Shown here in pieces: positions 28,511-38,279 of a stretch of DNA of 64,000 bases. The notes under the pieces were generated by a model, which worked only from the letters and a program-made list of their open reading frames with translations, made no database searches and was not told the DNA's origin. The position numbers were made by a program, and so were the translations under genes. Location: sequence record NC_055708.1. One strand, 5' to 3'. Origin of the DNA: Enterobacteria phage ATK47. How positions within the stretch are numbered: position 1 is the first letter of the stretch; every line of letters starts with the position of its first letter.

Positions 28511-28923
28511 TGAGATATAGCCTTCGTTGTTTTATCGCAGCTTTAGTTTTTGCTATTATTCCATTCATTTGGAACAGCCAGAATACTTACATGGAAACTA
28601 AAGTAATTCCTGTGGAGGTAGTGGAATTAATCTCAGGACAATCTACAGGAAAATATTCTAAATTGGAATTTATTGCAGTCTATAAAGATGAGCAAGGACG
28701 AGTTTTTGACAGGCGTGTATCGCCATCGTTTTATACGCTTCTGAATAAAGGTGATACGATAGCTATAGAAATTCGTGAGATGGATATCAAACAAACTACT
28801 AAAGATAACTTGATTTGGTTCTTTGGTACAGTGTTGTTGGTTTCTATCTGTATCACAGGTTTTATTACATGTATTGTATTTGGCGTTGCATATTTAATCG
28901 ATGAAAGGAAAAATAATGTTTAA
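28510..28923 (+). CDS. membrane protein
   Basis: N- and C-terminal TM segments. Confidence 0.45.
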   Translation: MRYSLRCFIAALVFAIIPFIWNSQNTYMETKVIPVEVVELISGQSTGKYSKLEFIAVYKDEQGRVFDRRVSPSFYTLLNKGDTIAIEIREMDIKQTTKDNLIWFFGTVLLVSICITGFITCIVFGVAYLIDERKNNV

Positions 28924-29179
28924 AGTGTACGGGTACGACTCTACTATTCATAAATGCATTTATTGCGATAATGCGAAACGATTGCTGACTGTTAAGAAAC
29001 AGCCATTCGAATTCATTAATGTTATGCCGGAAAAAGGTGTTTTTGATGATGAGAAAATTGCTGAGCTTCTGGCTAAGCTTGGACGTGAAACACATGTTGG
29101 ATTGACGATGCCTCAGGTGTTTGCTCCTGACGGAAGTCACATTGGTGGATTTGACCAACTACGAGAATATTTTAAATGA
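28916..29179 (+). CDS. nrdC: glutaredoxin/thioredoxin NrdC
   Basis: MFKVYGYDS..IHKCIYCDNAKRLL..MPQVFAPDGSHIGGFDQLREYFK matches remembered T4 NrdC; 87 aa. Confidence 0.85.
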   Translation: MFKVYGYDSTIHKCIYCDNAKRLLTVKKQPFEFINVMPEKGVFDDEKIAELLAKLGRETHVGLTMPQVFAPDGSHIGGFDQLREYFK

Positions 29180-29472
29180 GTATTGATTTAACTTTCCCTG
29201 GCCCTTATGACCAGGGTGAATTAGAAGCTTTATTATATCAAGAAATGTGCTCTCGTGCCAAGAACGATATTCAGTATGCTATCGATAATCCATGGGGCGA
29301 ATTTCGAGTAATGATGGGTAATCGAATCATCGGTGTCCAATGGCGATTCGTTGGCCTTGAGCCTGAGGACTATGAAGAAAACGAGCACGGTGACTGGATT
29401 CCCGTTGGTGAATATCACTGGGAATACGGTGGTCCTGATTTTGAAGTCTCTTGTTCATGGGTAGAACAATAA
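29176..29472 (+). CDS. hypothetical protein
   Basis: 98 aa ORF, ATGA overlap. Confidence 0.45.
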   Translation: MSIDLTFPGPYDQGELEALLYQEMCSRAKNDIQYAIDNPWGEFRVMMGNRIIGVQWRFVGLEPEDYEENEHGDWIPVGEYHWEYGGPDFEVSCSWVEQ

Positions 29473-29490
29473 CCTGCGAGAAAATTTTAA

Positions 29491-29847
29491 ATGACATATT
29501 CATTAAATCTTAAAGATTTCCAGGATGTATACGAAGTTTGTGCCAATGAACTTGGTCCTGATGCTCCAACTATTATTGAAGTTTTAAATGTGCTACCTTC
29601 AACATTAGCTTACGAAGCCAAATCATGGGGATGGAACGACACTGTCGTTCGTGATGACCTTTACATCCTGATGAACGATATGATTGTTAAAAAGGCAGAA
29701 CCGGTTGCACCAATGGTTACCATTACCGTTGAAGAATATAATCGCCTGCAAGCCATTGAAGAGCTTCTGTGGAACATTGAATGTGACCTGCCGTCAGGGC
29801 TAGAATCCTGGATTGATTATGAAGAGCTCAATAAACTCCGGGGTTAA
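29491..29847 (+). CDS. hypothetical protein
   Basis: 118 aa ORF. Confidence 0.45.
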   Translation: MTYSLNLKDFQDVYEVCANELGPDAPTIIEVLNVLPSTLAYEAKSWGWNDTVVRDDLYILMNDMIVKKAEPVAPMVTITVEEYNRLQAIEELLWNIECDLPSGLESWIDYEELNKLRG

Positions 29848-29975
29848 ACCGTGGTATTCTGCTCGATGGGAGACTGTCGAGCCAGACGTTGAAACGGTTT
29901 ACAACGACGAAGAACCATGTTATGATGAACCTTCAATAAATGAATTAATTGATATGGAAATGGGAAGAGATTATT

Positions 29976-30146
29976 ATGCAAGTTAAATTATTGTACCGTT
30001 TATTAAAAAACGGCAAACATGATTGGTATTTGCTTATTAAAACCGATCCGAATTTTTTCTCTGGACAACCATTTACAGTTCGTCCTACTAAACGTCAGCT
30101 TCGCAAAGCTAAACGTTCTCATCGTAACTTTTATAGAGAATATTGA
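29976..30146 (+). CDS. small basic protein (paralog of 30571 gene)
   Basis: shared C-terminal RPTKR..R..K..R..FY..Y pattern. Confidence 0.35.
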   Translation: MQVKLLYRLLKNGKHDWYLLIKTDPNFFSGQPFTVRPTKRQLRKAKRSHRNFYREY

Positions 30147-30147
30147 T

Positions 30148-30561
30148 ATGAATATTTCTGAAACTCGCGGTAAATGGTTCAAGATTGTTAAAGAAGATGA
30201 AGAACTACAAGTCAAGTTTCCTGAATTAAAGAAAGGAACAATCATCAAGGTAATTGGTACTACTACCGAAGATGGTTATGGCGACCATGGCATTATCGAA
30301 GTGATGTTGAACACAGGTGAGAAACTTTGCATCTATGACCGTGATACTTCTCTTTGGTGCTTCTGGGAATCCCATTCAATAGATGAACTCGAAGAAATTG
30401 ACCAAGTAGTTTGTGATGGTGGACTTGGCGAATTCGAAGGTGAACGTATTTCTTATGCTTTAGCTAAATTAGCTGGTCAAGAAAATAATGACGGTTATGA
30501 AGGTAATCTGATGCAAGCCGCAGCGGAATACATTGAATACTTAGAAAGACGTTTAAGTTAA
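30148..30561 (+). CDS. hypothetical acidic protein
   Basis: ORF from ATG at 30148. Confidence 0.45.
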   Translation: MNISETRGKWFKIVKEDEELQVKFPELKKGTIIKVIGTTTEDGYGDHGIIEVMLNTGEKLCIYDRDTSLWCFWESHSIDELEEIDQVVCDGGLGEFEGERISYALAKLAGQENNDGYEGNLMQAAAEYIEYLERRLS

Positions 30562-30570
30562 AGGTTTATT

Positions 30571-30750
30571 ATGAAAACTGAACTATTTTATGGTGAAAGA
30601 AAAAATGGGCAAAAATCCTGGAAATTTATTATGATTGGGGCCCCAAACAATCCAAATATGAGGACTTCAATTATTTCAGAAACTCGTCCTACTAAAAGAA
30701 TGATTCGTCAGTATAAGCGTTTCCATCGAGACTTTTATAACGTTTACTAA
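30571..30750 (+). CDS. small basic protein (paralog of 29976 gene; 59 aa, below ORF-track cutoff)
   Basis: translated by hand; conserved C-terminal motif. Confidence 0.35.
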   Translation: MKTELFYGERKNGQKSWKFIMIGAPNNPNMRTSIISETRPTKRMIRQYKRFHRDFYNVY

Positions 30751-30752
30751 AT

Positions 30753-30789
30753 TATAAATACCCTTATCTATTTAAGGTAAGGGTTTATC
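30753..30789 (+). promoter_or_regulatory. late promoter TATAAATA plus hairpin ccctta/taaggg before gene 49
   Basis: exact T4 late promoter consensus at 30753-30760. Confidence 0.5.
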
Positions 30790-31263
30790 ATGTTATTATC
30801 AGGCGCAAAATATAAAGAAGAAAAACAAAAATTTTATGATGCACAGAACGGTAAGTGTCCTATTTGCCACCGTGAATTAGACCCTGATGTTCAAGGTAAC
30901 CATCTTGACCATGACCACGAATTAAAAGGGCCAAAAGCCGGTAGAGTTCGTGGTTTACTATGTAACCTGTGCAATGCAGCAGAAGGTCAAATGAAGCATA
31001 AGTTCAACCGTTCCGGTTTGAAAGGTCAAAACGTTGACTACTTAGAATGGCTTGAAGCTCTTCTTGCTTATTTGAAACAAGATTATTCTGATAATAATAT
31101 CCATCCTAATTTTGTTCCGGATAAAACTAAAGAGTTCTCAAGACTAGGTAAAGAGGAAATGATGACCGAGATGCTTCAAAGAGGATTTGAATATAATGAA
31201 TCTGATACTAAAACACAATTAATAGCTTCATTCAAAAAGCAGCTTAGAAAGAGTTTAAAATGA
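30790..31263 (+). CDS. 49: endonuclease VII (Holliday junction resolvase)
   Basis: MLLSGAKYKEEKQKFYDAQNGKCPIC..HLDHDHEL..LCNLCNAAEGQ; near-identical to remembered T4 gp49; 157 aa. Confidence 0.9.
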   Translation: MLLSGAKYKEEKQKFYDAQNGKCPICHRELDPDVQGNHLDHDHELKGPKAGRVRGLLCNLCNAAEGQMKHKFNRSGLKGQNVDYLEWLEALLAYLKQDYSDNNIHPNFVPDKTKEFSRLGKEEMMTEMLQRGFEYNESDTKTQLIASFKKQLRKSLK

Positions 31264-33077
31264 AAATTGAAAAAGAAATTGAAGGATTAATTTATAAAAC
31301 TAATAAAGATCTTTTGAACGAGAATGCTAATAAAGATTCTCGTGTTTTTCCAACTCAACGGGACCTTATGGCTGGTATTGTGTCTAAGCACATTGCCAAA
31401 AATATGGTCCCGTCTTTTATTATGAATGCGCATGAAAGCGGAATCATTCATATGCATGATATTGATTATTCTCCTGCTCTTCCATTTACTAATTGCTGTT
31501 TAGTCGATTTAAAGGGGATGCTTGAGAATGGATTTAAATTAGGCAATGCTCAAATTGAAACGCCTAAATCGATTGGTGTTGCTACTGCAATTATGGCACA
31601 AATTACTGCACAAGTTGCTTCCCATCAATACGGCGGAACGACTTTTGCTAATGTAGATAAAGTACTTTCTCCTTATGTTAAACGCACCTATGCAAAACAT
31701 ATTGAGGATGCAGAAAAATGGCAAATCGCTGATGCGTTGAATTATGCTCAATCCAAAACAGAAAAAGATGTCTATGACGCATTCCAAGCTTATGAATATG
31801 AAGTAAATACTCTCTTTAGTTCAAACGGACAAACGCCTTTTGTAACAATTACATTTGGTACTGGAACTGATTGGACCGAACGAATGATTCAGAAGGCAAT
31901 TCTTAAAAACCGCATTAAAGGTCTTGGTCGTGATGGAATAACTCCTATTTTCCCTAAACTTGTTATGTTTGTCGAAGAGGGTGTTAATCTTTATAAAGAC
32001 GATCCGAACTATGATATTAAGCAACTCGCTCTAGAGTGTGCAAGCAAAAGAATGTATCCTGACATTATTTCTGTTAAGAATAATAAAGCTATTACCGGTT
32101 CTTCAGTTCCAGTTTCTCCAATGGGTTGCCGTAGTTTCTTGAGCGTATGGAAAGATTCGACCGGTAATGAAATTCTTGATGGACGTAATAATCTCGGTGT
32201 TGTAACACTGAATCTTCCTCGTATCGCATTAGATTCTTATATTGGAACACAGTTCAATGAACAGAAATTTGTTGAATTATTCAACGAACGAATGGATCTG
32301 TGCTTTGAAGCTTTGATGTGTAGAATTAGTTCCTTAAAAGGAGTTAAAGCGACTGTTGCTCCTATTCTTTACCAAGAAGGTGCATTCGGGGTTCGTCTTA
32401 AACCTGACGACGATATAATTGAGTTATTTAAAAACGGTAGAAGTTCAGTGTCTTTAGGATACATTGGTATTCATGAATTGAATATTCTTGTTGGCCGTGA
32501 TATTGGACAAGAAATTTTAACTAAGATGAATGCTCATCTTAAACAGTGGACTGAAAGAACTGGATTTGCTTTTAGCTTGTATTCTACACCTGCTGAAAAC
32601 CTTTGTTATCGTTTCTGTAAACTCGACACAGAAAAATACGGAAGTGTAAAGGATGTCACTGATAAAGGCTGGTACACTAATAGTTTCCATGTTTCAGTAG
32701 AAGAAAATATTACTCCGTTTGAAAAGATTTCTCGTGAAGCGCCATATCATTTCATTGCGACAGGTGGTCACATTTCTTATGTTGAACTTCCAGATATGAA
32801 AAACAATTTAAAGGGACTTGAGGCTGTCTGGGATTATGCTGCACAACATTTAGATTATTTTGGTGTTAATATGCCAGTAGATAAGTGTTTTACATGCGGA
32901 AGCACCCATGAAATGACTCCTACTGAAAACGGATTTGTTTGTTCAGTTTGCGGAGAAACTGATCCTAAAAAGATGAACACTATAAGAAGGACCTGCGGTT
33001 ATTTGGGAAATCCGAACGAGCGCGGATTTAATCTAGGCAAAAATAAAGAAATCATGCATAGGGTTAAACACCAATGA
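31260..33077 (+). CDS. nrdD: anaerobic ribonucleoside-triphosphate reductase NrdD
   Basis: 605 aa; C-terminal glycyl-radical motif RRTCGYLG and Zn ribbon CFTCGS..CSVCG. Confidence 0.9.
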   Translation: MKIEKEIEGLIYKTNKDLLNENANKDSRVFPTQRDLMAGIVSKHIAKNMVPSFIMNAHESGIIHMHDIDYSPALPFTNCCLVDLKGMLENGFKLGNAQIETPKSIGVATAIMAQITAQVASHQYGGTTFANVDKVLSPYVKRTYAKHIEDAEKWQIADALNYAQSKTEKDVYDAFQAYEYEVNTLFSSNGQTPFVTITFGTGTDWTERMIQKAILKNRIKGLGRDGITPIFPKLVMFVEEGVNLYKDDPNYDIKQLALECASKRMYPDIISVKNNKAITGSSVPVSPMGCRSFLSVWKDSTGNEILDGRNNLGVVTLNLPRIALDSYIGTQFNEQKFVELFNERMDLCFEALMCRISSLKGVKATVAPILYQEGAFGVRLKPDDDIIELFKNGRSSVSLGYIGIHELNILVGRDIGQEILTKMNAHLKQWTERTGFAFSLYSTPAENLCYRFCKLDTEKYGSVKDVTDKGWYTNSFHVSVEENITPFEKISREAPYHFIATGGHISYVELPDMKNNLKGLEAVWDYAAQHLDYFGVNMPVDKCFTCGSTHEMTPTENGFVCSVCGETDPKKMNTIRRTCGYLGNPNERGFNLGKNKEIMHRVKHQ

Positions 33078-33544
33078 ATTATGATAGATTTTATCCTTGC
33101 GATTTTGTGAATGGCCCTGGTTGTAGGGTCGTTCTTTTCGTTACAGGGTGTTTGCATAAATGCGAAGGGTGTTATAATAAATCAACATGGAATGCTAGAA
33201 ATGGTGTTCCATTCACTGGTGAAACACTAGAACAATTAATTGAATGTTTGAATAATGATTATATAGAAGGATTAACTATAACCGGAGGTGACCCTCTCTA
33301 TCCTGATAACCGAGATGTTATTCATTGCATTGTTCAAACAGTAAAAAATCTTTATCCTAATAAAAGCATTTGGTTGTGGACAGGATATACGTTTGAAGAT
33401 ATTAAACAACTAGAAATGCTTAAATATGTTGATGTTATTATTGATGGGAAGTATGAGAAAAATCTTCCGACCAAAAAACTGTGGCGAGGATCAGATAATC
33501 AGCGACTTTGGTCAAATACCGATGGGGTGTGGAAACATGATTAA
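33074..33544 (+). CDS. nrdG: anaerobic RNR activating protein NrdG (radical SAM)
   Basis: Cys cluster GCLHKCEGCYN; downstream of nrdD. Confidence 0.8.
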   Translation: MNYDRFYPCDFVNGPGCRVVLFVTGCLHKCEGCYNKSTWNARNGVPFTGETLEQLIECLNNDYIEGLTITGGDPLYPDNRDVIHCIVQTVKNLYPNKSIWLWTGYTFEDIKQLEMLKYVDVIIDGKYEKNLPTKKLWRGSDNQRLWSNTDGVWKHD

Positions 33545-33655
33545 ATTGAACTACATTATGGATACTATAAATGATATGATTTTTCATTTTGGTCCAGAAT
33601 TTTATTCGCAATATGGTTTGCTTATCAACGCTTGGTTAATTAATTAAGGGTAAAT

Positions 33656-33871
33656 ATGTATAAATTTCGTAAAGGTTTAGCTGATTTTCTTACAACTGTA
33701 ACATTCTTTCTGTTTATGGCAGTTGGAGCTATTTTTCTTATTCCTTTTACTGGTGTATTTTTCGTGATTAGTTTAATTTCTCCGGAAAAGGGTTTATCCT
33801 CCAGCGAATTCAATGAACGTTTGGATAAAATTACTAACAAACTGAATTCTGTTCTTGATAAAAAGGCTTAA
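33656..33871 (+). CDS. small membrane protein
   Basis: two TM segments. Confidence 0.4.
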   Translation: MYKFRKGLADFLTTVTFFLFMAVGAIFLIPFTGVFFVISLISPEKGLSSSEFNERLDKITNKLNSVLDKKA

Positions 33872-33873
33872 TT

Positions 33874-34185
33874 ATGATTAGTTTTGAGCGGTACGTGGTA
33901 GAGAGTTGGAAGGGTTTTGACATGTTCGGTAATGACTATTATTTCTATGAATGTAGTCTGAACCCAAGCTTCTGGGCTGGACGTGAACAAGACCTCGAAG
34001 AAATCAACGCTCGTGCCGATTTGTTAGGTGAACTGCCTACTACTTATTTCACCTTTGATGAATCCGGCTTCGTTATCCAGGTTTATTTCCCTGAAGAAAA
34101 TTCTGGTGATGATTCTGTTAATCCTCCTTATTGGGCTTACCAAGGAATTATTTCTCGTGGAACAAAACTCGAACTTAAAGAATAA
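33874..34185 (+). CDS. hypothetical protein
   Basis: 103 aa ORF. Confidence 0.45.
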   Translation: MISFERYVVESWKGFDMFGNDYYFYECSLNPSFWAGREQDLEEINARADLLGELPTTYFTFDESGFVIQVYFPEENSGDDSVNPPYWAYQGIISRGTKLELKE

Positions 34186-34186
34186 G

Positions 34187-34480
34187 ATTGAAGTCTATGG
34201 CATCCCTGAAGAAGTTGGACGTTGTCCAGGATGTTATACCGTTACAAAACTTTTAAAGGAGCTCAATGCTCCTTATACATTTTATAAAGTCCTCACTAAT
34301 AATGGTAAGATTGAATATGATCGTCCTTTAATCGTATCTCTTGCTAAACGTGCAGGATTCACTTCACTTAATATTCGTTATCCTGTCATATTTTTAAATG
34401 ATAAGAAACAAAAGAATATTGCAGAGTTTAAAAAGTCCTTGATTTCATTAGGATACGACTCTGATATCATAGAAGATTGA
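34187..34480 (+). CDS. glutaredoxin-like protein (CPGC active site), start codon unresolved (possible ATT)
   Basis: KIEVYGIPEEVGRCPGCY is a thioredoxin-fold active site; no in-frame ATG/GTG/TTG between upstream stop and the conserved N-terminus. Confidence 0.45.
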   Translation: MEVYGIPEEVGRCPGCYTVTKLLKELNAPYTFYKVLTNNGKIEYDRPLIVSLAKRAGFTSLNIRYPVIFLNDKKQKNIAEFKKSLISLGYDSDIIED

Positions 34481-34503
34481 CCAGGTGCCGCCTGGTCTTC
34501 TTT
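34479..34503 (+). terminator. rho-independent terminator (gaccagg tgccg cctggtc TTCTTT)
   Basis: 7 bp stem + T-rich tail. Confidence 0.55.
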
Positions 34504-34588
34504 ATCCTATTTCTAATATAATCCATTAGAATCTTCACTTCACTATCTCCTTGTGCCCCTCTCAAATCAAAAATATTTTCATAAAACA

Positions 34589-34640
34589 GTTTACATCCTC
34601 AATAGATGTGTTAAGATTAAACCATCTGCTATAGAGGAAA
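34589..34640 (+). promoter_or_regulatory. early promoter with inverted repeat
   Basis: GTTTACA; cctc...gagg arms. Confidence 0.4.
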
Positions 34641-34645
34641 ACAAA

Positions 34646-34828
34646 ATGAAAATTGAAGATAAAGAAATTAAGGTTGACCAGTATTATTCTGTCAATGGTA
34701 ATGCAGTACGGATAACCAGAATTTCAAGCCTGGATGTTTGGTATCGTTCAATCAAATATCCAGAAATTGGTGAAATGCTTTGTGACCGTAGTATCTTCTG
34801 TTCAATTGCGAAGGAAATTAAGCCATGA
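34646..34828 (+). CDS. hypothetical protein
   Basis: ORF from ATG at 34646. Confidence 0.4.
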   Translation: MKIEDKEIKVDQYYSVNGNAVRITRISSLDVWYRSIKYPEIGEMLCDRSIFCSIAKEIKP

Positions 34829-35073
34829 TTAGTTTGGATTCAAAGAAGGTTGTTCTAACCCTTAAAGTTAATGATGAGCGACCGGTATTCGTTACCATTT
34901 CAGATTTGCATGTTGAAATTGCTAATGGCGTTCGTACTTATCAAACGTCTAAAACTCAATGGGACTATATCCCAATGTTGACGCTTACTCAGCGTTTAGA
35001 ATCAATCGGTCTTAAAGACCTTTCAGTAAGTGAAGTGAATTTTATCAAACGCATTGTATCAATCAACCTCTGA
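34825..35073 (+). CDS. hypothetical protein
   Basis: 82 aa ORF. Confidence 0.4.
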   Translation: MISLDSKKVVLTLKVNDERPVFVTISDLHVEIANGVRTYQTSKTQWDYIPMLTLTQRLESIGLKDLSVSEVNFIKRIVSINL

Positions 35074-35080
35074 GGTACTT

Positions 35081-35374
35081 ATGGGTAAAACATATCGTCG
35101 TAAAGATTTGAAAGTTCGCGATTACGACTATTTTGGTAAGCGTAAAGCTCCTGACGGTGTTAGCCACAAAGACATGGTTGAAAACATCTTCCGCTCAGAT
35201 AAATGGAAACGTATGAAAGGTGTTGATTCTGAAGTCAAGAATGAAATGAATCGACAACTCCGCAAAGAGGTTCGTAAGTTGAAAAAAGATGTTTACAGTA
35301 AAGAAGAGTATGATTATAATACTTCTCATACTGAAGCCAAACGTAAAGCTAACGAATGTTATCGTTACAGTTGA
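35081..35374 (+). CDS. basic hypothetical protein
   Basis: ORF from ATG at 35081. Confidence 0.4.
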   Translation: MGKTYRRKDLKVRDYDYFGKRKAPDGVSHKDMVENIFRSDKWKRMKGVDSEVKNEMNRQLRKEVRKLKKDVYSKEEYDYNTSHTEAKRKANECYRYS

Positions 35375-35512
35375 GGAAATTATGAATATTAAACGAATGC
35401 TTTTTAAGCAAGGATTATATACTTTAAATGTTAATCCAAAGGGTGATACAACTAAATGGTCTGTAAATGACTGGATTAAGTTCATCGATGAAAATGGGGC
35501 GTGGAATACAAA

Positions 35513-35713
35513 ATGAATCCTGAATCTATGTTATCGCAAAAGCTTCGTGAAGAACGTGCCGAATTCTTTGCCAATATGAAACTCAACGGCGTTGAGGATG
35601 AAGACTTCTTACGCTGGTTCTGGATTTACAAATACAAAGAATGCCAGCACGCTGTACTATTGACTTGTGCAGCTATGTACGAAGGCTGGAAAGGCGCTAA
35701 AAAGTTCGGTTAA
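35513..35713 (+). CDS. hypothetical protein
   Basis: ORF from ATG at 35513. Confidence 0.4.
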   Translation: MNPESMLSQKLREERAEFFANMKLNGVEDEDFLRWFWIYKYKECQHAVLLTCAAMYEGWKGAKKFG

Positions 35714-35776
35714 CAATGTACAACGATAGGAAGACATGTTATTATCTTCCTATCGTCTTAAAATGAGGAAAATATC

Positions 35777-36016
35777 ATGGCCCAAGAATTAGATTTTATC
35801 AAATTCAAAAAACACCTCGACGTTAAAATTGGGGATTCAATTGTTAGGATTGAGTATGACATTTTAACAGATGCTATTACTGTTAGTTGTGATGGAAATA
35901 GTTTCAGCTTCGATACAACCGAAAACAAATACCCAATCTATAAAGGTATCTTTGATATGGGTGTTGATATTACTCCACGTGATACAAATTACTTACTTTT
36001 CATGCTTAAAAAATAA
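35777..36016 (+). CDS. hypothetical protein
   Basis: 79 aa ORF with SD GAGGAAAA. Confidence 0.4.
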   Translation: MAQELDFIKFKKHLDVKIGDSIVRIEYDILTDAITVSCDGNSFSFDTTENKYPIYKGIFDMGVDITPRDTNYLLFMLKK

Positions 36017-36052
36017 TATACAAACTCTTGAGAGATGAGTATAATTCTCTCA
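36017..36052 (+). promoter_or_regulatory. second copy of TACAAACTCTTGAGAG..GAGTATAAT cassette, palindrome gagaga/tctctc
   Basis: direct comparison with 5714-5748. Confidence 0.5.
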
Positions 36053-36082
36053 TCGGATAATAAAATAACCGAGGAAAATAAT

Positions 36083-36415
36083 ATGTCTACTAAAATCAAA
36101 AACGTAGTTAATTCTTTCGCTTTCGATAAAGTTGTTGCTCTTCTGGAATCCGGCAATATTGTTACTCCTCAAGTTCTTGACGCATGGGAATTCCGTCTTT
36201 ATGAAATCATGCAAAAACACGACCAGAAAATTGGACGTAATTCTATTCGTGAAATTCTAGTGCAATATATTCTTTCTGAATTTGACGTTGCTGCATTTGG
36301 TGTTGAATCTAAAGCTTATCAGAAACATGAAATCTCTGAAAAGACTATCCGTCGTATGAAAAATCAACGTAAGAAAAAATTCGTTGACCTGAAAATTGTT
36401 AAGGCGGTAAAATGA
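36083..36415 (+). CDS. hypothetical protein
   Basis: ORF from ATG at 36083. Confidence 0.45.
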   Translation: MSTKIKNVVNSFAFDKVVALLESGNIVTPQVLDAWEFRLYEIMQKHDQKIGRNSIREILVQYILSEFDVAAFGVESKAYQKHEISEKTIRRMKNQRKKKFVDLKIVKAVK

Positions 36416-36639
36416 GCGTATTAACAGAAACTTTGATTAATGACCTGCGTCTAGCTGGTTACGAAGTTGGTACAAATAGTCTAGGTCTTCCTCAGATTGA
36501 AGGGCCTGGATTTATCCTAGAATATGAATTCAAACAATGGTGGTTATATGCTACGGTTGACGATGCGTTGAATATTGATTTCGTTGACCAATTTGATTCG
36601 TTGGATGCTGCTCTTGAAGCAGCAAAGGAACTAGAATGA
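36412..36639 (+). CDS. hypothetical acidic protein
   Basis: 75 aa ORF. Confidence 0.4.
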   Translation: MSVLTETLINDLRLAGYEVGTNSLGLPQIEGPGFILEYEFKQWWLYATVDDALNIDFVDQFDSLDAALEAAKELE

Positions 36640-36905
36640 AATTAACTCGAATCAGTATAACTGAAGAAAAGCTGGGCGAATTTTACATCGACAACTTTAT
36701 GAAAGTCACGTATTTTCCATTCGTTAAAGGTGTTGGTTTTTGGGAAACTCATGTATCTCAATTAAACGAAGGCGACTATAACGAAACACATGAGAACTTT
36801 TTAGATTTTCTTTATAACGCCGGTCTTACTGAGCTTTATATCGATATCCATGAGTTCAAACGTTTAATGGAAAAAGTGTTTCAGGCTTATTGTTTGCTCC
36901 GATAG
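36636..36905 (+). CDS. hypothetical protein
   Basis: 89 aa ORF. Confidence 0.4.
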   Translation: MKLTRISITEEKLGEFYIDNFMKVTYFPFVKGVGFWETHVSQLNEGDYNETHENFLDFLYNAGLTELYIDIHEFKRLMEKVFQAYCLLR

Positions 36906-36911
36906 TATCTC

Positions 36912-36957
36912 GTGCTTTAAGATAGGTCTCTAAATATTATGATATAATAGACCTATG
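36912..36957 (+). promoter_or_regulatory. promoter before gene 55 (GCTTTAA box, TATAAT inside palindrome ataggtct/agacctat)
   Basis: motifs read directly. Confidence 0.45.
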
Positions 36958-36977
36958 AATTGAGCCAAGAGGTACTT

Positions 36978-37535
36978 ATGACTGAACAAAAACCTAAAAA
37001 TAACTATGTGAATAATAAAGAGCTTCTCGCTGCTATAATCGAGTGGAAAAAGGAGCTCTTAAATAATAAAGACCCAAACAAAATTATTCGTCAGAATGAT
37101 ACCATCGGTTTAGCAATTATGCTTATCGCCGAAGGCCTGTCCAAACGTTTCAACTTTTCAGGATATACCCAGTCTTGGAAGCAGGAGATGATTGCAGATG
37201 GGATTGAAGCCTCTATTAAGGGACTTCATAATTTCGACGAAACTAAGTACAATAACCCACATGCATACATAACTCGAGCTTGTTTTAATGCTTTTGTCCA
37301 ACGTATCAAAAAAGAACGTAAGGAAGTTGCAAAGAAATATAGTTACTTCGTTCATAACGTCTACGACAGTCATGACGATGATATGGTAGCGTTGGTAGAT
37401 GAAACGTTTATTCAAGACATCTACGATAAAATGACGCATTATGAAGAATCCGCTTATAAAGCTCCTGGGGCTGAAAAGAAGGAAGTTGTTAGCGATTCGC
37501 CTAGTTTGGATTTTTTATATGAGGATGACAATTGA
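36978..37535 (+). CDS. 55: late-transcription sigma factor gp55
   Basis: [70 protein letters not shown]; near-identical to remembered T4 gp55; 185 aa from ATG at 36978. Confidence 0.9.
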   Translation: MTEQKPKNNYVNNKELLAAIIEWKKELLNNKDPNKIIRQNDTIGLAIMLIAEGLSKRFNFSGYTQSWKQEMIADGIEASIKGLHNFDETKYNNPHAYITRACFNAFVQRIKKERKEVAKKYSYFVHNVYDSHDDDMVALVDETFIQDIYDKMTHYEESAYKAPGAEKKEVVSDSPSLDFLYEDDN

Positions 37536-37734
37536 TATCTCTAACTACTTAGAAGAACCTTTTGACGAAGCAATCCCTTATTTGGTAAAACTGTTGGGCC
37601 GAGAATTTAAAATTAATTTTGACATCGACCCTTTGAACCCACATGACGTGTCATTTTCGATAAATGGGACTCCAGTTGAGTACGAGTTCTGTATTGAAGA
37701 GGACGGACGTTTTTATTTTAATTTAATGAGATAA
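37523..37734 (+). CDS. hypothetical protein
   Basis: ORF overlapping the gp55 stop. Confidence 0.35.
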
Positions 37735-37735
37735 T

Positions 37736-38059
37736 ATGACTACCGAGATTATTGAAAATAAAGAAGCAGAAGATGCAGTAGCTAAAATGCTACAAGAAAT
37801 CCAAAAGAAAAACGAAGCTGAAGCACGTAAAAAATCCGAAAAGATTCTTAAAAAGAATCGTTTTGAACTAAACCGTCTTTATGCTCATGCTCAAGAAGCA
37901 GCAATTCAAAACAACTTCGAAGCTTACGAATACGCTATTAAGAAATCTCGGGATATTCTACGACAACCATATAATGACAAGTTAATTAAAATCCAGTGGG
38001 TTACTACTCGTCAGGCTATTGAGGACATCATTAATGGCGCTAGTTCAAACAAAGTTTAA
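37736..38059 (+). CDS. hypothetical protein
   Basis: 107 aa ORF. Confidence 0.45.
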   Translation: MTTEIIENKEAEDAVAKMLQEIQKKNEAEARKKSEKILKKNRFELNRLYAHAQEAAIQNNFEAYEYAIKKSRDILRQPYNDKLIKIQWVTTRQAIEDIINGASSNKV

Positions 38060-38240
38060 ACGTCTGAAGCTGAACGCAGGGTTCACCGTTAAATTGGGTG
38101 GTCCTCTTTGTGTTAAAATTTCTGAAAAGGAATATCACGACGGTTCTATTACAGAAATTTGTCCGCCTATTGTAAAGGCAGACCCAAAACAACTCGTGTG
38201 GGTTGATTCATTTCAAGTTAAGAAATGGTGGAAACGATGA
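38034..38240 (+). CDS. hypothetical protein
   Basis: ORF from ATG at 38034. Confidence 0.35.
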   Translation: MALVQTKFKRLKLNAGFTVKLGGPLCVKISEKEYHDGSITEICPPIVKADPKQLVWVDSFQVKKWWKR

Positions 38241-38279
38241 GAGAAATCGATTTAGGCATTTTCCGAGAGGTGCTTATGC

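Noticed and set aside
31260-33077. Group I intron or homing endonuclease in nrdD (T4 nrdD carries one) or in gene 43
   Set aside because: Both reading frames are continuous at the expected protein lengths (605 and 903 aa) with no inserted ORF or frame break
36960-37535. Tracked start of gp55 at 36960 (non-ATG)
   Set aside because: An ATG at 36978 with SD AAGAGG gives the 185 aa length of T4 gp55; the upstream extension is an ORF-caller artefact
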